Shown: positions 36,215 to 43,752 of the stretch, piece by piece
How the letters are laid out: each line of letters opens with the position of its first letter
How positions within the stretch are numbered: the stretch's first letter is position 1
Source: Candidatus Cerribacteria bacterium 'Amazon FNV 2010 28 9'
Lineage (GTDB): Bacteria; Patescibacteriota; Microgenomatia; UBA1400; UBA12028
Direction of reading: 5' to 3'
DNA length: 55,976 bases
NCBI GenBank assembly: GCA_003176165.1
Contig: PSRQ01000023.1
Location: forward strand, 1 to 55,976
The notes under the pieces: generated by a model
The model's database searches: none
What the model was told of the DNA's origin: nothing
Seen by the model: the letters and a program-made list of their open reading frames with translations, nothing else
Position numbers and translations under genes: made by a program

Positions 36215-37288
36215 TTAGACTCCAAATCCTGGGATATGGAGAAGTGTGACACCGATAAAGTGTAAGATGATAGCCGAGAAAATCACGAACAAAAGTCCGA
36301 TGATCGCGGCACTAATCATTTGTTGGGCTTCTTCGACTTGTTTGGGATTGCCGCTGCTGGTGGCGAGCATAAATGAGCCAGCAAGGATCGCCAATACGAC
36401 AATTCCGCCCGATAATCCTAACCCTATTTGAACAATCGACGTAACTATTCCTGAAAGATTGGTAGGAACACAACCAAAAGCGGTCCACAAAGAGTTTGGT
36501 TGACCTTTATCTCCCGTTGTTCCTGTCATATCTGCACTATTTGCTCCATAGCATTTTTCACATGCTAATTTGTCTTCTGCTGAGCCTGCTTGATTACACA
36601 GGGAAAAGTATGCCGGAGTGGTAGTCGTAGACGAACCCCCGCCATTTTTTATCTTGCTGTATGAATCTTGTGATTTAAAGAAACAAAAATTTTGATGGTC
36701 GGCTAGTTCTGCTACACACTCACAATCTTGAGCTTGAACTCCAGCATCAGAGGGGCTATTGAAGCATAATTTATATGTATTTCCATGCGTTCCATGATCA
36801 CAAGAACTATCACTGTATGAATAACAATCAGAAGTAGGAGCAATTTGTGAAACCTTCAATAATTGAGAATTACCACAAACGATAGGGTTCGGGAGGGCAA
36901 CAATATTGACGTAGTACTGGTATGTACCCGCATTGGGTTCATTTTTTATAAAAGAAACATTGCAACCAGTGTCTGTGTTTGAAAAAGTAAGATCTTTTGT
37001 TGGGACCACATAATCAGAAGCGTGATTAGAACCACAGCTATTGTCACTGGTGTTGCAAAAACTAATAGAGATGTTGTTATTTGTAGAACTACAATTGCCA
37101 CCAGTAATGCTACTTGGAAGAGTAAAGCTAACATTGGTAGTGCTTCCTGGCTGAATTTCAGAAGGTGAAATTGAAGAAGAAACGGAAGAGCATGCAGAAT
37201 CTGCCCAAGCTTTTTTTGGTTGCGCGAACACAAGGGTAAAAAGAGAAAAGAACAAAAACAGAGCGATCAATGTCGTGACGCGCTTCAT
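36215..37288 (-). CDS. Cys-rich secreted domain fused to a C-terminal T4SS pilin module (P9)
   Basis: Signal peptide MKRVTTLIALFLFFSLFTLVFAQP. A ~280-aa Ser/Thr/Asn/Cys-rich region follows, then ILAGSFMLATSSGNPKQVEEAQQMISAAIIGLLFVI. Confidence 0.75.
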   Translation of the reverse strand: MKRVTTLIALFLFFSLFTLVFAQPKKAWADSACSSVSSSISPSEIQPGSTTNVSFTLPSSITGGNCSSTNNNISISFCNTSDNSCGSNHASDYVVPTKDLTFSNTDTGCNVSFIKNEPNAGTYQYYVNIVALPNPIVCGNSQLLKVSQIAPTSDCYSYSDSSCDHGTHGNTYKLCFNSPSDAGVQAQDCECVAELADHQNFCFFKSQDSYSKIKNGGGSSTTTTPAYFSLCNQAGSAEDKLACEKCYGANSADMTGTTGDKGQPNSLWTAFGCVPTNLSGIVTSIVQIGLGLSGGIVVLAILAGSFMLATSSGNPKQVEEAQQMISAAIIGLLFVIFSAIILHFIGVTLLHIPGFGV

Positions 37289-37392
37289 ACCCAGTAATTC
37301 TACCACTCTAAGGCGTAAGAAAAAAGTAAGACTTGATCTACTTCTTTCTTCGTTGGTCGACGTTTGGTGCAAATCCTGCTAGGATAGAACAC

Positions 37393-39156
37393 ATGCGCCG
37401 CCGCTGGCTTCTCCGGTGTTTGTTCCTCTGTTGTACACTCCTGCAAATCTGGGGGTCTTTCTTGATAACTGCGAACCTAGCGTACGCCGATGATATCGGT
37501 GATTGTAATGCCGGAAATGATCAAGCCTGTGCTCGTGCAATTGCTCAAGTTACTTCTACAATGAATGGCATAGCTTCTGCAAATAATACAAATAAAACGC
37601 AGTTTGCAGCGCTAGAACAACAGATTTCTTCAATTCAATCAGGGATAAATAAAGCTAAATTGCAATCCGACGCACTGGGTGTTTCGATCCAGCAACGAGA
37701 GGCTACCCTTGGTGTGACCTACGGCCAATTTAGCGAACGAGTGGTGAGTTCCTACAAACAACAACGCCAGGATGTTCCGTTGCTTCTGTTGAGTAGTGGC
37801 CATGACATGAGCGATGTGCTTTCGAGCCTCGAATATCTCCAGATGGTTCGTTCGAGAGATCAACAGACGTTGGATCAACTGTCTTCTGATATCACTCAGT
37901 TTGAAACAGATAAGGCCAATTTGGAACTCACTCAACAACATTTGACCTCACTGCAAACTTCGTTAAATGCAACAGCTGCAAAATTGAAGGGCTCAATTGA
38001 TGAAGCAAACGCTGCCATTACGAAGTTGTCCAGTCAAATCGCTGCACTGTCAGCGCAGCAACAATCTATTATCGCTGAACGTACGGGCACAGCATCCACG
38101 ACGGTGGGTGATGTGCCTCTTGCAGACGATCCAAATGCGAGTCCCACCTTTAACCCTGGATTTTCGCCAGCATTTGCTGCCTTTTCGTTTGGTGCTCCTC
38201 ACTTTAAAGGAATGAGTCAGTATGGTGCCTTTGGTCGCGCGAAAGCAGGGCAGAGTGCCGATGATATTTTGCACGCGTACTACGGTGGGGGAATCCAGAT
38301 CAACAAAAGTTATTCAACCAGTATTACGATTCGTGTAGATGGGTATGGAAGTTACAACATCGAAGATTACGTGAAGCGTATCTATGAAATGCCCACTTCT
38401 TGGGCAGACCAAGGTGGATTTGAAGCACTCAAGGCTCAAGCTGTTGCAGCACGTTCCTATGCCCTAGCGAGCACCAATAACGGAGCAAGTTCAATTTGCG
38501 CTACCGAAAGCTGCCAAGTATTTAAACCGCAAGATAAAGGGGGTCAGTGGGATGCAGCCGTGGATGCCACGCGCGGGTGGGTGCTCGAAGCCAATGGCCA
38601 ACCATTTAGTGCCTGGTATGCGAGTACCTCGGGAGGATATCAACAACCGTATACGTACAATGGCTATACCACTCCCGGATTTTGGGACACAACAAGCGAT
38701 TGGACACATTGGGCAGATGGCGCGTATGAGGCAAAGGCGGGAAGCCCGTGGTTTTACAAAGGGTGGTACAAGAGCAGGTCAGGAGATAGCTGTGGACGTT
38801 CACATCCTTGGCTCACTCAAGATGAGTTTGCTGATATTTTAAATGCGTGGATTGTGCGATATCAAGGCAACAGCGATGAGGTTTCGCATATTCAACCGCT
38901 GGGTCCTTGCTGGGGGAGTGGCGGATATAGCATCGATGATATGCGTAACCATGCCAACGCGTATGGTGGAGCCTTTACTTCTGTGTCTTCGGTGCGTGTG
39001 GAACACGGAAACAATGGATATACCAAAAACATCATCGTCGATACCAACAAAGGAACCGTGACCATCCCTGCAGATCAATTCAAAACTGTTTTCAACCTCC
39101 GAGCTCCAGGAAGACTTTCTATCAAAGGGAATTTGTTTGGAATAGAGAAGAAATAA
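37393..39156 (+). CDS. SpoIID/LytB-domain protein with an N-terminal coiled coil
   Basis: Signal-like N-terminus. Long Q/L/S-rich coiled coil. Then FEALKAQAVAARSYALASTNNGASSICATESCQVFKP, the SpoIID signature. Confidence 0.8.
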   Translation: MRRRWLLRCLFLCCTLLQIWGSFLITANLAYADDIGDCNAGNDQACARAIAQVTSTMNGIASANNTNKTQFAALEQQISSIQSGINKAKLQSDALGVSIQQREATLGVTYGQFSERVVSSYKQQRQDVPLLLLSSGHDMSDVLSSLEYLQMVRSRDQQTLDQLSSDITQFETDKANLELTQQHLTSLQTSLNATAAKLKGSIDEANAAITKLSSQIAALSAQQQSIIAERTGTASTTVGDVPLADDPNASPTFNPGFSPAFAAFSFGAPHFKGMSQYGAFGRAKAGQSADDILHAYYGGGIQINKSYSTSITIRVDGYGSYNIEDYVKRIYEMPTSWADQGGFEALKAQAVAARSYALASTNNGASSICATESCQVFKPQDKGGQWDAAVDATRGWVLEANGQPFSAWYASTSGGYQQPYTYNGYTTPGFWDTTSDWTHWADGAYEAKAGSPWFYKGWYKSRSGDSCGRSHPWLTQDEFADILNAWIVRYQGNSDEVSHIQPLGPCWGSGGYSIDDMRNHANAYGGAFTSVSSVRVEHGNNGYTKNIIVDTNKGTVTIPADQFKTVFNLRAPGRLSIKGNLFGIEKK

Positions 39157-39172
39157 AGCTTTAATTGTGTCT

Positions 39173-39255
39173 ATCATCCCGTTGAAAAACGGGATCCAGG
39201 CAAATAGAATGTTGGAATTGCTGATGAACTGGATTCCTGCTTTCGCAGGAATGAC
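39173..39255 (+). repeat. Family-2 composite hairpin repeat, copy 2
   Basis: atcatcccgttgaaaaacgggatccagg - spacer - ggattcctgctttcgcaggaatgac. Confidence 0.75.
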
Positions 39256-39264
39256 AAAGGATTG

Positions 39265-39543
39265 TTATGCCATGAAGGCGATCACCCAAATGAGAATGGC
39301 CGCAGCCAAGTGTACTAAGCCAAGAATTTTCACAAACCATTCCAATGACGTGTGGATTGTACGCGACATGAGAGAAATTTGACGAACGATCACAAGAGCG
39401 TAGATGATGTAGAGCGCGAAAGTGATTAAAAATAGTCCTTTGAATACAAAGAGAACAACAGGGATTGAGATAAGAATAGGACTGGTAGGATCAAGGAGTG
39501 GTGAGGGAAGAGGGAATGGATTCATAATATATTTAAGTTCCAA
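39265..39543 (-). CDS. Small membrane protein (2-3 TM)
   Basis: 92-aa hydrophobic ORF. Start could instead be the internal MNPFPLP. Confidence 0.5.
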   Translation of the reverse strand: MELKYIMNPFPLPSPLLDPTSPILISIPVVLFVFKGLFLITFALYIIYALVIVRQISLMSRTIHTSLEWFVKILGLVHLAAAILIWVIAFMA

Positions 39544-39648
39544 ATATTAAGGATTAAATATCAAGCAAATGTTAAATACAAAAGAAACATATATCCATAC
39601 CTTTTTCTTTTATATTTTGCTTGATAATTGATATTTAACTTTTGATTT

Positions 39649-40281
39649 TTATTTTGTTCCTGTGTGTTCAATGTCTTCCTTATCGATGAGCTCACTGATG
39701 AGTTTTGTTACTTCATCAGGACGAGGAACATGTTCAAACTCAATTTCAGGGATTTCAGCGGCGGTTTGGATGCGGACATTCCCATAGTCAAATAACGATT
39801 GGACGACGCCACCACTCGAAGCAGTGATGTCTTCAACGTGATCAAGTTTTGCTTCACTGACTCGCTTAAATAAAAGGGAGTAAAAATCCATATCAATGAC
39901 GCGTTCTGTGGTAATGATGTAGATGTTAAAAAACCACATGACAAACTGTTCGAGCGCGTAGCCAAACGTAATCAGATACCACGTTAAAATTAATGTCGTT
40001 TGATACGTGGGAGGCAGCAGGAAAAAAGAAGGAAAAACACTGAAAATAAGAAAAGGAAGGAATAAAAAGATGATTGTCAGCAGAACCCAACCAACATTGA
40101 CAATTGGATCTTGGCGCAACAGAAGCAAAATCGACTCATCTTCGTGTTGGACATCAAACGTGGCGTTGGAGGGAAGGATGCAGTACGCGGCCACTGGGTT
40201 TTTTGTTACGTGTGCATCACGTAGAACACTACTTTTTTTGAGAGCGGCTTTCAGCGATGGGGAAGATGATTGGTCTGCCAT
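39649..40281 (-). CDS. Membrane protein with bacterial PH-like (YdbS/YdbT-type) domain
   Basis: Two TM helices are followed by ITTERVIDMDFYSLLFKRVSEAKLDHVEDI...GNVRIQTA. Start trimmed to the ATG at 40281 (MADQSS). Confidence 0.65.
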   Translation of the reverse strand: MADQSSSPSLKAALKKSSVLRDAHVTKNPVAAYCILPSNATFDVQHEDESILLLLRQDPIVNVGWVLLTIIFLFLPFLIFSVFPSFFLLPPTYQTTLILTWYLITFGYALEQFVMWFFNIYIITTERVIDMDFYSLLFKRVSEAKLDHVEDITASSGGVVQSLFDYGNVRIQTAAEIPEIEFEHVPRPDEVTKLISELIDKEDIEHTGTK

Positions 40282-40356
40282 GCATGTAGTATAGCAGAGC
40301 GAGAAAGGGAAGTACTGTTCATTCTCTTTTGCTATTTGAATTTTGTTGTTTGAAAT

Positions 40357-40869
40357 TTGTATGATCAGCGTATGCCCCTTGAACATAACTTTACGCATGC
40401 GCGCTGGTACATGTTTATGACCCCGCAAGAGCGCACGCTTGCTGATTTGTCATCAGAATTGTTTGATCGAGAAGAGCGACTGCATTCCTCCTACGCAGAT
40501 TATTCTTTTGTCGTATTTCCATTGTCCAAAGCATATGAAGGGTTTTTGAAAGAGTTTCTCTTTCACTTGAAGTTGATCGATGCGACAGAATATGCGCATC
40601 GTGAGTTCCGTATCGGTCGATCGCTCAATCCCGACATTCCTGTACGACATCAAGATGAGTACTGGTTGTATGGAAAATTGGTCGCTACTTGTGGGGAAGA
40701 GCTCTCGCGTAAACTCTGGAATATATGGTTGGAAGCTCGCAATCACTTATTTCATTACTTTCCCGATGCACAACATAACATCTCCCTGGCGCAAGCAAAG
40801 GAGTTACTTCTCAAGTTATCTACCACCATGGAAGAAGCGTGTGCCTGTTTGAAGGACCATGTACAATAA
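40357..40869 (+). CDS. Hypothetical helical protein with a HEPN-like RNxxxH motif
   Basis: WLEARNHLFHYF contains Rx4H, comparable to RNxxxH in HEPN/DUF86. The sequence is predicted helical by composition. Start uncertain. Confidence 0.55.
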   Translation: MYDQRMPLEHNFTHARWYMFMTPQERTLADLSSELFDREERLHSSYADYSFVVFPLSKAYEGFLKEFLFHLKLIDATEYAHREFRIGRSLNPDIPVRHQDEYWLYGKLVATCGEELSRKLWNIWLEARNHLFHYFPDAQHNISLAQAKELLLKLSTTMEEACACLKDHVQ

Positions 40870-40897
40870 GAACACTCTATTCGTTAGAAAGGGTCGT

Positions 40898-41506
40898 ATG
40901 GTATATAAAAACATTACGATTTCAGGACTTCCCGGATGTGGATCTACCACATTGCTCAAATTACTCAAAGACCGATTAGGGATGGAAGGGTGGCGGGGAT
41001 TTTCCGGTGGCGAGTTTATGCGCGCCTATGCTCTGGAGAAAGGAGTGTTCAAAGAACACGAAGGACTCCATCATAGTGCTGCCGATTACGAAGATGCATT
41101 TGATCGTCAAATTGATTATGGAATGCGAGAGAAGCTTTCGACAGAAGAGAAGTGGATCTTGGAAGCCTGGCTTTCTGGCTTTTTGGCTCAAGGAGTGGAG
41201 GGAACGCTGAAAGTTCTTCTCTTGTGCAGCGATGATGCAGTGCGCATTGATCGCATTGTCAATCGAGACAATGTGAGTATCGAAGAAGCCAAGGAGCACA
41301 TCAGTAAGCGCAAGGAAACCAATGTGACAAAGTGGACGCGCATGTATTCCAAAGAATGGAAAGAGTGGGTGGTTGACCGGGGGTTGGCTACAGCAGATGA
41401 GCAAATTGATTTCTGGAAGCCAACTCTGTACGATGTAGTGATAGACACGTTTTCCACCAGTAAAGACGAAACGTTGCGATTGGTGTTAGAAAAATTGGGA
41501 ATGTAA
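40898..41506 (+). CDS. Archaeal-type cytidylate-kinase-like P-loop kinase
   Basis: ITISGLPGCGSTTLLKLL P-loop, GGEFMRAYA, VLLLCSDDAVRIDRIVNRD. Architecture resembles the Cytidylate_kin2 family. Confidence 0.65.
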   Translation: MVYKNITISGLPGCGSTTLLKLLKDRLGMEGWRGFSGGEFMRAYALEKGVFKEHEGLHHSAADYEDAFDRQIDYGMREKLSTEEKWILEAWLSGFLAQGVEGTLKVLLLCSDDAVRIDRIVNRDNVSIEEAKEHISKRKETNVTKWTRMYSKEWKEWVVDRGLATADEQIDFWKPTLYDVVIDTFSTSKDETLRLVLEKLGM

Positions 41507-41508
41507 CG

Positions 41509-41596
41509 TTCTCCCCTCCGTTGAGGGGAGAATACAAGAGGGGTGGAAGGGTTTCGTCTTTCACATCCCCCTACCCCTCCTCCAAGAGGAGGGGAA
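41509..41596 (+). repeat. Family-4 double-hairpin repeat, copy 1
   Basis: ttctcccctccgttgaggggagaatacaagagggg...cccctacccctcctccaagaggaggggaa. The reverse complement is found at 55589-55681. Confidence 0.75.
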
Positions 41597-41599
41597 TTT

Positions 41600-42286
41600 A
41601 TGAAAAAAAAGTCTCTGCCAAAACGATCATCGTCAGTTGCGCTGACTCATTCCCAAATGAGCTTTTTCTGGGTTCTTCTCATCTTGAGTTTCTTAGCACT
41701 TTTATTATATCGAGTATTGTTTACGTTTCCTGTGTGGGTCGATGAGGTTATCATGAAGCTCTTTGTGTTTGGCTTACCATTCATCCTCTTTGCGCGTAGT
41801 GTGAAAAAATCTCCTGAGTTTTTTGGATTGGGATTGCGCCGGTTTTGGCCAGGAGCATTTTATGGGTTAGCGATGGGAGGAATCTTTGGGTTTGTGGCAC
41901 TCATCACGAGTGCAGTGCAGCGAGGCCATGCGTTTATTCCCTATGTGTTTGCAAGTACTTCATTTTGGTATCAATTTGGTTTAGCGTTTGTAACAGCGTG
42001 GTGGGAGTCACTCTTCTTTTACGGTCTCATCATGAGTGTGCTGTATGTCTATTACAAAAAAGATGAGATGAAAGCGTCGCTTATGACGACAGGACTTTTC
42101 CTGCTATTTCATGCACCTATCCTTTTTATTCGAGTTGGTTTCTTGGCGTCGTTATTTCCGCTCGCGCTATTGGCTTTTTTTGCGTTTGGACAAGCAGTCA
42201 TGTATTTACGGTGTAAAGCACTTACTTCTGTCGTCGTTTCCCACGCGTTTTGGGGAATGGCACTTCTTGTATACACGATGCGCTGA
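41600..42286 (+). CDS. CPBP-family (CAAX/Abi) intramembrane protease-like protein
   Basis: Polytopic. WWESLFFYGLI is an EExxxR-like position, and LLFHAP and SHAFWGM are also present. Start moved to the ATG at 41600, downstream of the repeat. Confidence 0.6.
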   Translation: MKKKSLPKRSSSVALTHSQMSFFWVLLILSFLALLLYRVLFTFPVWVDEVIMKLFVFGLPFILFARSVKKSPEFFGLGLRRFWPGAFYGLAMGGIFGFVALITSAVQRGHAFIPYVFASTSFWYQFGLAFVTAWWESLFFYGLIMSVLYVYYKKDEMKASLMTTGLFLLFHAPILFIRVGFLASLFPLALLAFFAFGQAVMYLRCKALTSVVVSHAFWGMALLVYTMR

Positions 42287-42405
42287 TGTTCGTCTTTTCT
42301 TCCTCTGTTGATTGGTGAGCGAGAAGACCATACTGAAGTTCCTTCGAGATTGGTTTTTAGTTGCACTTGTGGACAAGTCGAGGTACACTCTGGGTTCCAT
42401 TTATT

Positions 42406-42963
42406 ATGATTAAACTTCAACATCTTGTCATTGCGGCTGGTATGTTTCTGCTTGCTCTGTTTATTCTCGCTGTTTCATTTTGGAAACTGACATATGTTTC
42501 TCCACTTCCCGTGGATGAAGCAAATACTCTTTCGCATGTGTCGGTTCAGACGCGTTTACAACAAATATTTACTCCTCCATATCTGCCCGATAGCCCGTTG
42601 TTTTTGAGCGTTGTGCTTTCAGACCGAATCCGGCTTGCACTTGCTTCGCCAAATCAAAAGGTGAGTGAAGAGCTGCGTCTTGGAAATGATCGGTTGTGGG
42701 CTGCTCAACAGCTGGTGGCGCGTGGACGCAAAACGTTGGCCCTTACCACGCTTTCAAAAGCAGAGAAATATGTCATGTTGGCTTCTGGAGACAATGCCCA
42801 TATTTTAAATTCCTCTCACGAGCAGTTGCATACGCAAGTGTTGAACACGATTTCCAATCATATTGATCAAATGATTGCGATGAAGCCGTACTTTAATAGT
42901 GCGCAGGCATCAACCATTGACGCGCTCATCACTCAAATGAAAGGGTTGGAGACGACACGTTAA
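42406..42963 (+). CDS. Membrane-anchored hypothetical protein
   Basis: N-terminal TM (LVIAAGMFLLALFILAVSFW) and a helical ectodomain. Confidence 0.55.
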   Translation: MIKLQHLVIAAGMFLLALFILAVSFWKLTYVSPLPVDEANTLSHVSVQTRLQQIFTPPYLPDSPLFLSVVLSDRIRLALASPNQKVSEELRLGNDRLWAAQQLVARGRKTLALTTLSKAEKYVMLASGDNAHILNSSHEQLHTQVLNTISNHIDQMIAMKPYFNSAQASTIDALITQMKGLETTR

Positions 42964-43041
42964 TATTTTTTCACTTCAAAAAGTGCTGGGAATACACTGA
43001 ATCTGGGTCTTCAAACTGATCTACAATGATCTATTGACCTT

Positions 43042-43087
43042 CACTGTCTATAGTGGTTGACTCAACTTCTGACCGCTATATATAGTG
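43042..43087. promoter_or_regulatory. Tandem NrdR-box-like palindromes upstream of nrdR
   Basis: cactgtctatagtg (43042-43055) and cgctatatatagtg (43074-43087). Centres are about 32 bp apart. Both resemble the CACwATATATwGTG NrdR operator. Confidence 0.55.
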
Positions 43088-43175
43088 TTTAGAGCATAGC
43101 CGGTAGCAAGTAGGAATCTCTCATATTTTTGCAGCAGCCTACTTACTCCTTGCTCATATCTATCAACTAATCTGT

Positions 43176-43652
43176 ATGAAGTGCCCATACTGTCATCACA
43201 CGAGCTCGAGTGTCTTGGAATCTCGACTAGGGGAAGATCGAACCTCAATTCGGCGGCGCAGACAGTGTGAGCGATGTCATAAGCGGTTCACCACCTATGA
43301 GCGAACAGAGGGTATTGATCTGACGGTGATAAAAAAAGATGGACGCAAAGAATGCTTTAGCAGAGAAAAACTGAAACGAGGGATATTGAAGGCCACATGG
43401 AAGCGTCCGGTGTCGCTCTCGGATATCGAAGGGTTGATCGATGAAGTGGAAGAAAAACTACGGCAACGGGGGACGACACAGATGAAAAGTTGGGAAATAG
43501 GGAAGTTGGTCGTCAATAGGCTACGCAAACTTGATCCACTCTCGTATTTACTGTACGCAAGTGTGTACAGAGATTTTCGGACATTGGAAGATTTTGAAAA
43601 AGAATTGGCAGAGTTGAAGACGAATGGAGAAGAAAAAAGTTTAGATGGATAG
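43176..43652 (+). CDS. nrdR: Transcriptional repressor NrdR
   Basis: MKCPYCHHTSSSVLESR...RRRRQCERCHKRFTTYE zinc ribbon plus an ATP-cone. Confidence 0.93.
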   Translation: MKCPYCHHTSSSVLESRLGEDRTSIRRRRQCERCHKRFTTYERTEGIDLTVIKKDGRKECFSREKLKRGILKATWKRPVSLSDIEGLIDEVEEKLRQRGTTQMKSWEIGKLVVNRLRKLDPLSYLLYASVYRDFRTLEDFEKELAELKTNGEEKSLDG

Positions 43653-43752
43653 AATAAGGAAGATCCCAGATGCAGGCGCATCCCGTTTCACGTGATTGCC
43701 TCCTCGAGGATGACAAAGAAGAAAAAATCGTATATAGAAAAGGAAGGGATCT

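Noticed and set aside
26308-37288. Diversity-generating retroelement acting on the pilin or Cys-rich genes
   Set aside because: No reverse transcriptase ORF and no template/variable repeat pair with adenine-specific mismatches could be found by eye. The paralogues differ throughout, not in a localised patch.
2412-37372. Integrative conjugative element or prophage interpretation of the island
   Set aside because: No integrase, relaxase, coupling protein, capsid, terminase or flanking direct repeats are visible. The block abuts dnaN and contains housekeeping genes (uppS). This cannot be fully excluded without the rest of the contig.
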